A stretch of DNA of 64,000 nucleotides from Chara braunii. Its lineage: Eukaryota; Plantae; Charophyceae. Made by a program: the position numbers and the translations under genes. Under the pieces are notes generated by a model. It was given only the letters and a program-made list of their open reading frames with translations, made no database searches and was not told the origin of the DNA. The stretch is taken from NCBI GenBank assembly GCA_003427395.1, contig BFEA01000001.1:4425331-4489330 (forward strand), given 5' to 3'. Below are positions 1-10,919 of the stretch, one piece after another (the stretch's first letter is position 1; each line of letters starts with the position of its first letter).

Positions 1-1850
1 GTTGCCCATCAATTCCCTTGATGATGCGAGGAAGAAGGAACTGCTAGCTTTGTCACAGTACTTGAGCGTTGGCGTCACTTCCTCCTTGGGCATCGGCGAT
101 TCACGTGGGCAACGGACAACAATCCGTTGACTTATTACAAGACGCAAGACACAGTGAGCAGCACGATCGGTAGTTGGATGTATTTCATTGACCAGTTCGA
201 CTTCACCACCAAGCATATTTCGGGCCCCTCGAACAAGGCGGAGGATGCTCTCTCGCGAAGACCCGATCTTTGCGCCTCGATGCACTCCACATTTGGCCTC
301 GACGAGGACCTGCAACAGCATTTCGTAAACGGCTACAAGTCGGATCCGGGATTCTCCACACTCTACGCGGACTTATCATCGGATCACCGACCCGCAAGCA
401 ATTATCGCATTGTCGACGGCTACTTACTTCTCCATACGCGAGGCAAGGATGTGTTGTGTGTACCCCAAGACCGCATCTTGCGCACTCGCCTCCTTGGCGA
501 ATACCACGATTCGCGGCTGGCGAGACACCTTGGCGTCGCATGCACTCTTGCACGACTCCACCAACGATTCCACTGGCCGGACATCATCAGCGACGTCAAT
601 AGGTACATTCACTCATGTGCAGTTTGCCATCGGAACAAAGGGCCACATCAGCTCCTATACGACGAACTGAAACCATTGCCGATTCCTCAGGAACCAGGTC
701 TCTCCATTGCTATGGATGTGACCGGTCCTTTCCCTCGTGATCGCCTTGGCCATGATGGTATTCTCACGGTCGTCGACCGTTTGAGCAAGTACGCTCAATT
801 TCTTCCATGCAAGTATCATGCGACGGTTCCCAAGCTCGCACGACTCTTGCACACCGGCTGGTTTTGCAGCCACGGTGTTCCGGAAGACATCGTCAGCGAC
901 CGCGACACTCGTTTCATATCAGCCTTTTGGACGACACTTTTCGTGGAATCCAGCACCAGCATGAAACCGAGTTCCACACGGCATCCTCAAACGGATGGGC
1001 AAACGGAACGTGCGCACCAGACTGCGCAGATGATGCTCCGCACATTCATCCGCCCGGACCAGAAGGACTGGGTTGACCGCCTTCCCGACATCGAGTTCGC
1101 CTACAACACTTCGGTGCACCCAGCGATCGACGTGACTCCATTTGAGTTGCATCACGGTGGACGGAAAGGGCCGCATCTTCGCAGGCATTCTGCTTCCACA
1201 GGCTGCCGATATCGACGCCGCTTGTTCCCCCGCTTCCACAGGGAAGTATAGGGATCTGCTGGCCAAAGCCCGCCAAATATGCAAAAGGCTCAGGTCTGTA
1301 TGCAGCAGCAAGCAAACCAGCGTCGCATCCCATGCCCAATTCGCGCTAGCGACCTTGTTTGGGCCACCTCCGAGGAATCCGCGCTCTAGTAGCACGTCTC
1401 GCGCAAGCTCCTCCCTAAGTGGTTTGGGCCATGGAAGGTCACTTCAGCAGCTGGCGACGACCCCGCGGTTCCCTCCTTCATAATCGAGATTCCCCCGCAT
1501 CTGACAGTCCACCCTGTATTTCATGCTTCGAAGCTGGCGGTCTACACTCCAGCCTCACGAACGGAATTCCCAGGCAGACGGTCCCACGACCCTCCTTCGA
1601 TGGACGGTCACCAGGAGGTCGACCGCATCCTCGCTCAATGCAAGCACGGCAACAAGCCGATGCAGTACAAAGTTGCATTCAAGCAATGAGATCCCGACGA
1701 CACACGCTGGATTTCACAAGCTGACCTGAAGGCAACAGCACCCCTCATCTTCGCACATTACGAAAAATAGCGACTTGCTAAGGAAGCTGCCCAACCCGCC
1801 CGCCCCGTACGGACATCGGACAGACAGCTTCGCCCTCGCAGTTAGCTCAG
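1..1850 (+). pseudogene. Ty3/Gypsy chromovirus pol 3' part (RNase H end, integrase, GPY/F motif, chromodomain), frameshifted
   Basis: ORF 127-1251 has an integrase HHCC zinc finger (H..H..CAVC) and the catalytic core (MDVTGP, IVSDRDTRF, HPQTDGQTER). Other frames give LPKWFGPWKV, HPVFHASKL and a chromodomain (EVDRILAQ..MQYKV..DTRWISQADL) with a stop codon. Confidence 0.95.
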
Positions 1851-1855
1851 TCTTC

Positions 1856-1866
1856 AAGGGGGGGAG
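1856..1866 (+). promoter_or_regulatory. Polypurine tract of the chromovirus
   Basis: AAGGGGGGGAG lies directly after pol and before TGTG. Confidence 0.85.
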
Positions 1867-1868
1867 TG

Positions 1869-2872
1869 TGTGGCATACTGATACCACACGGGCCCCAGTT
1901 AGGGCCCAGTTCTGTAGTAGGCACGAGTTAGGCCTAGGTACTGGGTCCCGACGGTCCCCAGCTAGGTCCAGGTAGGCCTAGGGAACCGCCGGTTCAGATT
2001 AGAGTCCGGTAGGCCTAGTTTAGACCCACCAGACCCAACGGCTAGTTGAGTTTAGGGCAGGTACCGGTCCATCGGTAGGACCGGCCGGCGGTGCAGTTTT
2101 AGGAACCACTTTTCAGATTCAAATCAGATCTGAACCGTTGGGCCCGATCAATGGTCCAGACCCGAAGGCACTCAGTAGGACTGAGGCCGACCCAGCACTA
2201 TATCAGCTGGGTACCAGCCTCAGTCGTAAGTTAGTAGCGAGGATGTTAGTTTACAGGATTACCGCAGCACTTCAGCGTTAGCAGCGGAGCAGCGGAGAGG
2301 ATCACCGCAGCGTGGAGGAGAGATAGCGCAGCGGCAGATTAGCGCAACGGTGGAAGAGCGCCAGCCTCCGGCCCAGCCCGTGGCCCAGCGCCAGCCCTGC
2401 AGCGCCATAGCTGCCTCGCGCAGGTATCAGGGAGAAAGGCATTGCCTTTCCTCCCTCTTCTTCCTCCTCCACTCTCCCTCTCCCTCTCTCTCCCTCTCCT
2501 CCTACCCTCTAAGTCTAAGTCTACTTCTGGGCTACTGCTACGGGACTACTACGAGTATGAAGGATGGTTACGAGTTCTGATGATGTGGGGATAGCAACAT
2601 TGAGACTGCAGGTTGAGGACTACTTTTGGGATCTGATTTCATCTACCCCTGGAGATGTACCTTGACATTGTGAGATCGATATCTGAGACACGGTGAGACT
2701 CTGTGTTCACGACATTTTGGATTTTCACTGCTTCTGGTATTTCGAGAGACTATCTTTGGAAACATTGAGCTGACGTCATCTTCCCTCTCCTCCTCCCTCC
2801 GTCTCTCCTCCCCTCCATTCATCCGTTTCTGACCCTGGCCTTTTCTTCTATGTCCAAGGCCAGGGCTTCACA
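1869..2872 (+). mobile_element. 3' LTR of the chromovirus (~1 kb)
   Basis: Starts TGTGG after the PPT. The putative end is TTCACA at 2872. The partner LTR is outside the window, so the end is inferred. Confidence 0.6.
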
Positions 2873-3189
2873 CCACCGATGTATGTTTGTGAGTATTTTG
2901 TTGCAGTCTGAGTCAGGTCTGGGTCAATCCATGTATGTCAAGTCTTCCACTGTATTTGTATTTGTATTTACTCTGTATTATCTGGTCGGTTCTGGGAGTC
3001 TGCGCCATCCTTATGACTGTGTTTCACGAGTATGCAACAGTCCGTATTTCAACGGTTCATGGGTATACCAGCTCAGTCAGGCGGGTTGGTAGGAACTGTC
3101 TTTGCATGGGTATGACCCAGGGCTTTCATTTTCTTTTTCCTTTCTCCCCTTTTTTTTTACCACGTGTGTAGGTGTCTGTGTGCGTATTC

Positions 3190-3592
3190 CTTCTTTCTTT
3201 GGTGTGTCAGGCTCCAAAATGGCCGGCCATTGGATCGGTGCTGCCACTACTTGGACCTTCTCGTCACCATGGCCGCACAGGATCAAGTTCAGTCCCAATC
3301 CGGTGGATACCCTGCTCCCGTGAACATGTGTGTGCTATTTCTACTTTTTTTTTTTTTTTTAATGGACCACTTCTCGATTTATGGGTGTCATCCTTCCGCA
3401 GGGGCCATGTTAATCTGCTCTGCATCGTTCCCCCGAAGGACGTTTCTACTTTTTTTGGTGTGCCAGGCTCCAGGATGGCCTACCATTGGATCGGTGCTGC
3501 CACATGGAGTTCTACTTGGACCTTGTTGTCATCGTGGCCGCATAGGATCAAGTTCAGTCCCAATCTGGTGGCCACCCTGCTCACGCGAACAT
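3190..3592. repeat. Two diverged ~140-bp direct repeats (3190-3327, 3455-3592) flanking the U6 retrocopy
   Basis: Shared TTGGTGTG.CAGGCTCCA..ATGGCC...CATTGGATCGGTGCTGCCAC and AGGATCAAGTTCAGTCCCAATC blocks. Confidence 0.85.
3345..3441 (-). pseudogene. Processed U6 snRNA pseudogene with poly(A) tail and TSD
   Basis: The reverse complement reads GTCCTTCGGG-GGAACGATGCAGAGCAGATTAACATGGCCCCTGCGGAAGGATGACACCCATAAATCGAGAAGTGGTCCATT followed by A16. This is U6 with a ~15-nt 5' internal deletion. TTTCTACTTTTTT flanks it at 3338 and 3443. Confidence 0.92.
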
Positions 3593-3894
3593 AAAGTATG
3601 GTCTTTCTGGGCCTTCTGGCTGTATTTAGGACAAATTTCCGGCGATCATCTTCACTCGAATAGAACGTATGGTCATTATAGCCATATTTTCGGAGCAACC
3701 TTCAACGTAGATGCAGCGATAATGACCATGCGTTTTATTTGGGGGAATATGGCAGTAGGAGAACGCCTCGGGCCAATTTCTGTACTCTGGATTCCCTAGA
3801 AGCTGCGCCAAGATCCCTGCTACTCCGCAGCTGCTCCACTGTCACCTCCCCGACGAATAGATAGCAGAAATTCTCAACCTCGGAATTCCTGCCT

Positions 3895-4020
3895 TTGGGC
3901 AGCGCTCCACTACTCACCAATAGTTAGCAAAATGAGAACGCATCTTCCGCTAGAACACGGGAAGATACGCAACATGTTTTTCATGTTTTCTGCATATGGC
4001 GAGTAGTGGAGCGAGGCCCT
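3895..4020. mobile_element. Short inverted-repeat element (MITE-like), copy 1
   Basis: CGCTCCACTACTC...GAGTAGTGGAGCG inverted ends. Homologous to 4881-5031. Confidence 0.5.
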
Positions 4021-4756
4021 TTACCCAGCCCTTGTGGACGAGGGCTGGACGCAGATCGGAGCTGAAACGCATGAGACGAAAGCTCGCCAATTAAACTTGG
4101 GGCGAAAACCACAACCGATGATTTCTTTCTTTTTTTTTAATAAGACGCGATGGCTTAAAAATCTGTCGGTCTTACTCTTTCCCTCTATGTTTTTGGCCGT
4201 TTGCCAAATATCAGGCAGGGTAGATTTCCCTACATGAAAGAGAGGGAGAGAGAGGGAGGGGGGGGGGGGGGGGGGGGGGGAGGGGGGGGGAGGGAAACAG
4301 AGAGAGACGCACGAAGAGAGACAGATGGACGCACAGCGAGAGAGACAGAGAAATCACCCTGAGCAAAGATGCAAGCCTCTACGATGAGGCACAATAAATA
4401 CTATATTCTCACTATTCAATATACATGAGAGAGAGGTGGGGAGAGAGAGAGAGAAAGAGGACGGGGAAGAATAACAGAGAAAGAGACACGGGGAGAGACC
4501 GATCGACGCACAGAGAGAGAGAGAGAGAGAGAGAGATCACCCTGGAGAGAAAAAAGAAGATCAAACGGCTAATGAGCCACATGAAGACGAAGGCAAAAGG
4601 TTCTCTATAGAAGACTGGTAATAACGCTTAAAATCGTCATGTATAGCAAACGTGGATTATCAGGCTAGGACACTCTGCAGACTGTAGAGGGCTCAGCCTC
4701 CTGATGAGTCGGTGAAACTTCGAACTAACACTCTGTCACAGCCCCTCGTTCATTGC

Positions 4757-4759
<3 letters not shown>

Positions 4760-4826
<67 letters not shown>

Positions 4827-4845
4827 CGCTCGCTCGCTCGCTCTG
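4760..4845. repeat. (CT)n/(CTCG)n microsatellite
   Basis: Directly visible. Confidence 0.95.
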
Positions 4846-4880
4846 CCTACAGTTCCCCGGGCAGTTCTCTATGACGATAT

Positions 4881-5031
4881 GGCCCTCGCTCCACAACTCA
4901 CCAAATGTGCAAAATGAGAATGAATCTTTTCCCAAATGTGCACAATGAGAATGATTTTTTGCTATAACATGGGCAGATACACCGCCATATCTTTTGTCTT
5001 TTGTGGATGTCGTGAGCAGTGGAGCGAGGCC
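4881..5031. mobile_element. Short inverted-repeat element (MITE-like), copy 2
   Basis: CCTCGCTCCACAACTCAC...GTGAGCAGTGGAGCGAGG ends. The internal CAAAATGAGAA is shared with copy 1. Confidence 0.5.
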
Positions 5032-6496
5032 CGTAAAGCGGAAATTTACTAATTACATGAATATCGAGGCACAGTACCAAGCTACCCGCTACGGCGAACC
5101 TCACTCCCTGCTTGTGCCTTTTTTCTTTTTGCCTCTTTGTTTTTCCCTTCTTGTCCTTTCTTGTCTTACTGTAGTACCTTGCCGTCGTCTGCACGGTATT
5201 CCCTGCTAAATCCGATCCACAAGTCCGCAGTTCGAACTCTCCTGTTGCATACACTGATGACCAAGGTTGCTCCCCTTTGTTTCACTCACCGCTACCTCCT
5301 GAAAAAACGCGCAAAACTCTGCGGAGAGGAACAAAAACCTCTGGCCATCGGATCCTCAATCCAAAATGGGCCAAGCGAAAATGGGCGGGCCGTTGGGTCA
5401 TCACCAGGAGAGCTTCTCCTCCTGCTGGATAGACTGATGCCAAAGGTTGCTCCCTTCGCTTAATATATAAAGAAGGAGGGCGGAGGGGGTGTAAAAGGGT
5501 GGGGGGGGAGGGGAGGGTAATAACGTAGCCTGGGACAGGAAGACCATTAATTGGACGGATCGCTCACAGATAGTAACTGGGTCAAAGCGTGGAACGGCAA
5601 ATAATCAGACGGAGCATGGAGAAGAATAGCGTCGATCTCTCTGATATACAGTACTTGTTCTTTTTTCCCTCTTTGATTCCGTTGGATAACTGTGACATCT
5701 GGTACAAAAGCAGAGTATAAAGACTGCAATATCTGTCAGATACACCCAGGCGGGGGTTGTAACTGTGGCCAGATGAAGAGTTTGAAATACAAATATTCGA
5801 CATACTATAACAGAGCAGGAAGAATGGGAAATGCAACTACTGGTTAGTCCGATGATAATACCTCAAGGACATCGCCCTTTAAAAATAAAAAAATATGCAA
5901 CTACCCCCCGACGGGCCTAGATTGGTTGGTGCAAACCTGAACTCTTAAAATACAGACACAAGTTCGAATCCAGATACAATCAGATCAACAGAATAAAATA
6001 CTGCAATTCCGAATTACCTGGGGCTGGCCAGTCCAATGATAGTACTATCTCAAAAAGAAGGGGAATTGCAAATACTCGATTTTTTAAAAGACTTTGAATA
6101 TCGGTCAGATACATTCGAGTTTCCAAAAGCTGGCCCGCGTCGACCAGTTCTTTTACATACAACTAGCATTACAGCAAATCCTTTCTGAGGGCATCCTCAC
6201 ACTGGGAACTTTTTCGACTCATCTCACACTGGAATCTCTGCCCATAGTTGCGGTCAGATACATCTTGCGGGGTTCGTAATTGAGGCCAGATACATCCAGG
6301 AAAGTGCTGCACGCTCTGAGTTTTACGACGGGAAATAGGTACTGCCGCCATGTCTAAAAGGGTTTCAGAGGAAAAAGATCTCCATAATGTCAGAGGATCG
6401 TATCCCTTTTTTTTCGGGGCTGATTATCAGTAAGGTCATTCCGGTACTTCATCTTTTTTTTTGAACAGTACGTCAAATTGATCGCGAAAGAAACGA

Positions 6497-6559
6497 ACAG
6501 TGAACCGCCTTCAATGTGGTAGTAGTAGTAGTAGTAGTAGTAGTTGTGGTGGTAGTAGC

Positions 6560-6609
<50 letters not shown>

Positions 6610-6676
6610 TAGTAGTGGTAGTAGTAGTGAACAGTGAAACGCCTTCAATGTGGTAGCAGTAGTCGTCGTCGTCGTC

Positions 6677-6768
<92 letters not shown>
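6497..6768. repeat. (TAG)n microsatellite with a duplicated AACAGTGAA.CGCCTTCAATGTGGTAG lead-in
   Basis: Directly visible. The lead-in occurs at ~6497 and ~6630. Confidence 0.95.
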
Positions 6769-6769
<1 letters not shown>

Positions 6770-7705
6770 ATACAGAAATAATCATCTTGAAAAAGAGAGT
6801 GACAAGCCTCTAGCTGATTGGAACAAAAATATGAGAGAGAAGTGGGAACAGCAACAGAGCGAAGCGGTAGGAGACGAGAGAGCGAGGCAGGCAGGAGATC
6901 AAGCAAGGGAGAGAAAAGGTGCCTCTGCATGATGATTGGCCAGACGGAATTAGCCCCTGGAGGAAGTTTTCCTATTGTTTCTTTTTGTATTTTCCGCCGT
7001 TGGTCCGTCCATTGCCTGGAGATTTGTCTTTTCTCTGAAACTTCTCCTTTTTATTCTTTCTTTCCTCCTATTTTACTCCCTTTTCTCTTTTTCCCCCTTG
7101 AAAACTAAGCTATACTCATCTCTCACATTCACCTTTCACTACCTACCTACAGTACTACCAAGGCTATATAGGACCCCTGCAAGCATAGCTACCTCTGACA
7201 TTGAAGGGGATACTGCATGCGTCCCCTTGCCCTAGCGGTTTAGGGTGCAGGGTTGGGGGCGCCGGTGGGGGCCCGGCTAACACAAAGACGGAGTATTTTG
7301 CCAGTAGCTGCTCCTTTGTTTTTGCTGGCAACGAAAATAACTTGCTCATTTGACAGAAAATAGGGAAATTGGAAACGAAAATAAAGATCACTATGCCGTC
7401 GAAAGCGCCGCCAAACAATCCTCTCTCCACAGGGGGGGCGAAACAAAAGAAAAGACAAAAAACGCATAAAGTGCGATTGCGCGCCAACAGCAAGAAGGGT
7501 AGCAATTGGAGTAGGGCAGTGGCAGTAGTAGTATTCCCTCGTGCGAGTGCGCTTTGGAAGAAACAAAAGCAGAAAGGAAGAAGAACAAGAAGTGGCGGTA
7601 AAAGGACAATTGAACGCACAAGAGGTGGAGAAGGAGGTTGGGGGGGGATATAGAAAGAGAATCGATTTCATCTCGAGAGAGTGTGTTCTGAGATGGGAAA
7701 CGGAG

Positions 7706-7772
<67 letters not shown>

Positions 7773-8395
7773 NNNNNNNNNNNNNNNNNNNNNNNNNNNN
7801 NNNNNNNNNNNNNNNNNNNNNNNNNNNNNNNNNNNNNNNNNNNNNNNNNNNNNNNNNNNNNNNNNNNNNNNNNNNNNNNNNNNNNNNNNNNNNNNNNNNN
7901 NNNNNNNNNNNNNNNNNNNNNNNNNNNNNNNNNNNNNNNNNNNNNNNNNNNNNNNNNNNNNNNNNNNNNNNNNNNNNNNNNNNNNNNNNNNNNNNNNNNN
8001 NNNNNNNNNNNNNNNNNNNNNNNNNNNNNNNNNNNNNNNNNNNNNNNNNNNNNNNNNNNNNNNNNNNNNNNNNNNNNNNNNNNNNNNNNNNNNNNNNNNN
8101 NNNNNNNNNNNNNNNNNNNNNNNNNNNNNNNNNNNNNNNNNNNNNNNNNNNNNNNNNNNNNNNNNNNNNNNNNNNNNNNNNNNNNNNNNNNNNNNNNNNN
8201 NNTTTTATCCTCGACCAAATCGGCAACTCCACTTTGTTGGTTCCCAACTGCTGGTAGGGGTGTCATTTGCGGCAGGGAAACCTGTCAAGTTCGGGAGTCC
8301 TTGCTTGGCCAGTGGTTGTGAGGCACAATTGGTTTTGTGTGTGGCAGAGGGTAAGGAAAAAAACGTTCAAATCGACATCCCAACTTGCATAGTCA

Positions 8396-8433
8396 CTGTC
8401 TCTTATACACATCTAGATGTGTATAAGAGACAG
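8396..8433. other. Illumina Nextera mate-pair junction adapter (assembly contamination)
   Basis: Exact CTGTCTCTTATACACATCT+AGATGTGTATAAGAGACAG, i.e. two head-to-head Tn5 mosaic ends. Confidence 0.98.
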
Positions 8434-9319
8434 CACACACACACACACAGAGAGGCACGTACGCGCGAACGAATGATCGATGAGTACAGACCCTCGTCAT
8501 GTACTCATTTTCAGGTGGCCGCCCTGTGTTTGTTACAGTAGGTGCGACGACACGAGGGCTGGCCAGGAGGAGAGCGGATCGTTCAGGTGCAATAACATCA
8601 CGTTCGCCATATCGGACGATATTCACGTCTGCGTTCACGCTGGGAAACACGACGGATAGCATCCGCTAAGTGGCTGAGGTGCCCGCCCCACTCCGCTGAG
8701 TGATTTTCAATTTCGACTTGATGCTGTCTGTGATCCGTGTCAGCCGAACCAGCCGCGGGGGAACGAGCCTGCCATCGGCTTACGGATAGTTACGCGGGGA
8801 GTTCGTTCTGCGCGGGGAGCTGGTTCTGCCGCGGGGAGCCCTACAGAACAAGGAAATTTCAATTTTGAACGAAGGGCCGCCTTCCTCCAGGCTTCCGTGG
8901 ACGCGCTCAAATTTCAAGCACGAGAACGGTGAGGGCGACCGTAGGGGGCACCAGCTCCGTTCTCCCTATTGCCGTCACTATTCATTCTATTCCTATTGTC
9001 CTAGCGAACGCTCCTTTCCCGTGATGGCCTCATGTCACAGACGGTCCTCCACAGGCACAGATGCATCGGTCCTCGAAGAGGACGCTCCCAGCTGCTTCAC
9101 GCAAAGCTTCTCTCATCTATCTCATTCATTTTTCTTGCTAGTACGGGGGAACACCAACCAACCCGGATCTCGCAGTGGTGCGAGAGCAAGGCTGTACCAG
9201 TCCCTCATCACGGTGACGAGGGGTGGGCAGGCATTGCCGATGGGGGAAATCGGCGGGAGAAATGGCCAGTCACTGCACCTCCCCCTACCCCTCCCCCAAC
9301 CCCCACATGGCGGTGTCTA

Positions 9320-10919
9320 ATGGCCAATATTGTCGCTGCACCAGATGCTTCACGCAAAGACTTCAGGGAAACGGCCCAGGCGGATTGAAGGACTGGGCTT
9401 GAGGGGCCAGCAGGCGGCAGCCGCGAGAGGTGCGCTAATCGGTGCATTAGCACTCGGTTTCAGCACCGCCCGGCAGTACGGCGGGCCTAACCGGCGGCGG
9501 GCGAGTCCGTCGTGGTCTCACAGCCGCGGGTGGTAACCTAATTTCCTCGCCTTCACGAGGATCTACGGTGATGGCTGTAGCTGAGTTTACCAGCGGTTAG
9601 AGTGTTCCGACCGTCGCCTACTCGACAAGCAATGATGAGATGAAGTATGAAGAGGTAGTTTAACACTAGGAGTGCCTATTGATGTTTAGCCATCCTACGG
9701 AGGGCGTTTGGAAACTACATCCATGGGTAGTCAGCCAGGAGTTCGGAAGAATGGAGGTGGAACCAACCGGTCAAGGTGAGAGGGATGGAAGAGCACAAGT
9801 CCCGGGTGACTATCGTTTGGAGGAGGAAAGAGTGAGAGAGATGGTAAGGGCATGTTTTGAGGAAGGAATACTTCCAATGAACATTGACCCTGGGGAGATG
9901 GAGGTGAGTGGGAGAGAGGTGAAGTTCACCCTCAATACCTCTCTGGATGAGATTAAGGTTAGGTGGTTAAAAGAAAGAACGGTGACGGTTATCTTTCGGG
10001 ATGGTGTCAGGTTCCTACCTAGAAAAGTGAAAGAGGATGTAGTGAGAGCCTATGAGGATGTGTGGATCAGAGATTATGTTTTCAGAGAAGAATTTAAACG
10101 GGGTAGGATTAAAGTGGAAAGCCCGAATGTTGTTTCTTATGTTCCAAGAGCTCAGGGGATTACCGATTGGATGTTGCGGAAGAAAACGAACTTCATCGAC
10201 TTGGCGGGCACCACATATCGAACCGAGTTTAAGCCTTGGTTGACTCGGGCCGAAATCCGTGATTGGAGGCAGTTGGTGGATCAGAATACGTTTTGGGTAG
10301 TAGCAGTTGGAATTCCGCTGGACGAGATGTCGTTCATCCATGTGCACGTCGAGAAAGTGATTGGAAAAATTATTAAACGGCACAAGCTTGAGGCAGACGA
10401 AACGGATCTGAGACTGGTGACTTTGAGGTTTGACATAGATTCCGCTTGCAAAGGTAATATGAAAGATAAGTTTGTTGTTCAGACCTGCCAAAGGGATGTT
10501 CTTGAAGTCAAGTTGGCGGACCCTGATTCAAAGTGGTGCAAGAGATGCCGCTCCTTCTTTCATACGGAGACGACCTGTCGTTACACGGGGCGGAGAGATA
10601 AAGGTGGAGTCAATATCAATCAACCTCAAGTCTCATAAATTGGTTCTCGTCAGCCAAGGCCAAGTTAACGGGGTCATGCAAGCCCCGGGTGCAACTTCTC
10701 AGTCGGTCGTTCAATCAGGTCACACTCCCTCGAATGTCCCGCTGCCATCTGCTATCAGGTTCAATCCTACCTTCTCCCCGTTGGGAGGGCAGGTTCAGCA
10801 GCAAGGAGGTCTTATTTAAGGTCTGAGACAAGAACAGGATCCTTCAGTTGAAGTCATATGGGCAACTTATCTCAATTGTTTGTCTCCGCCTTCTGAGGTG
10901 GGGCTACAAGCCGGTACGG
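9320..10919 (+). pseudogene. LINE (L1/Tx1-like) ORF1, 5' part, degenerate
   Basis: ORF 9679-10638 has an RRM-like region (EFKPW...FWVVAVGIPL...IGK) and a CX2CX4HX4C knuckle (CKRCRSFFHTETTC). It is cut at 10920 by a solo LTR. Confidence 0.8.

Noticed and set aside
4690-4750. Hammerhead-like CTGATGAG...GAAAC
   Set aside because: No convincing stem II or stem III. A similar weak match at ~28965 also fails.
5547-6351. Possible host-gene exons on the minus strand
   Set aside because: One exon-like stretch, but no recognisable protein family or consistent gene model.
8396-8433. Tn5/IS50 ends as horizontal transfer
   Set aside because: This is the synthetic mosaic-end dimer of the Nextera mate-pair adapter.
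7240-8541. Long ORFs over N gaps and GA/TAG microsatellites (also 27867-28723, 45908-46438, 49250-50062)
   Set aside because: They are open only because of Ns or simple repeats.
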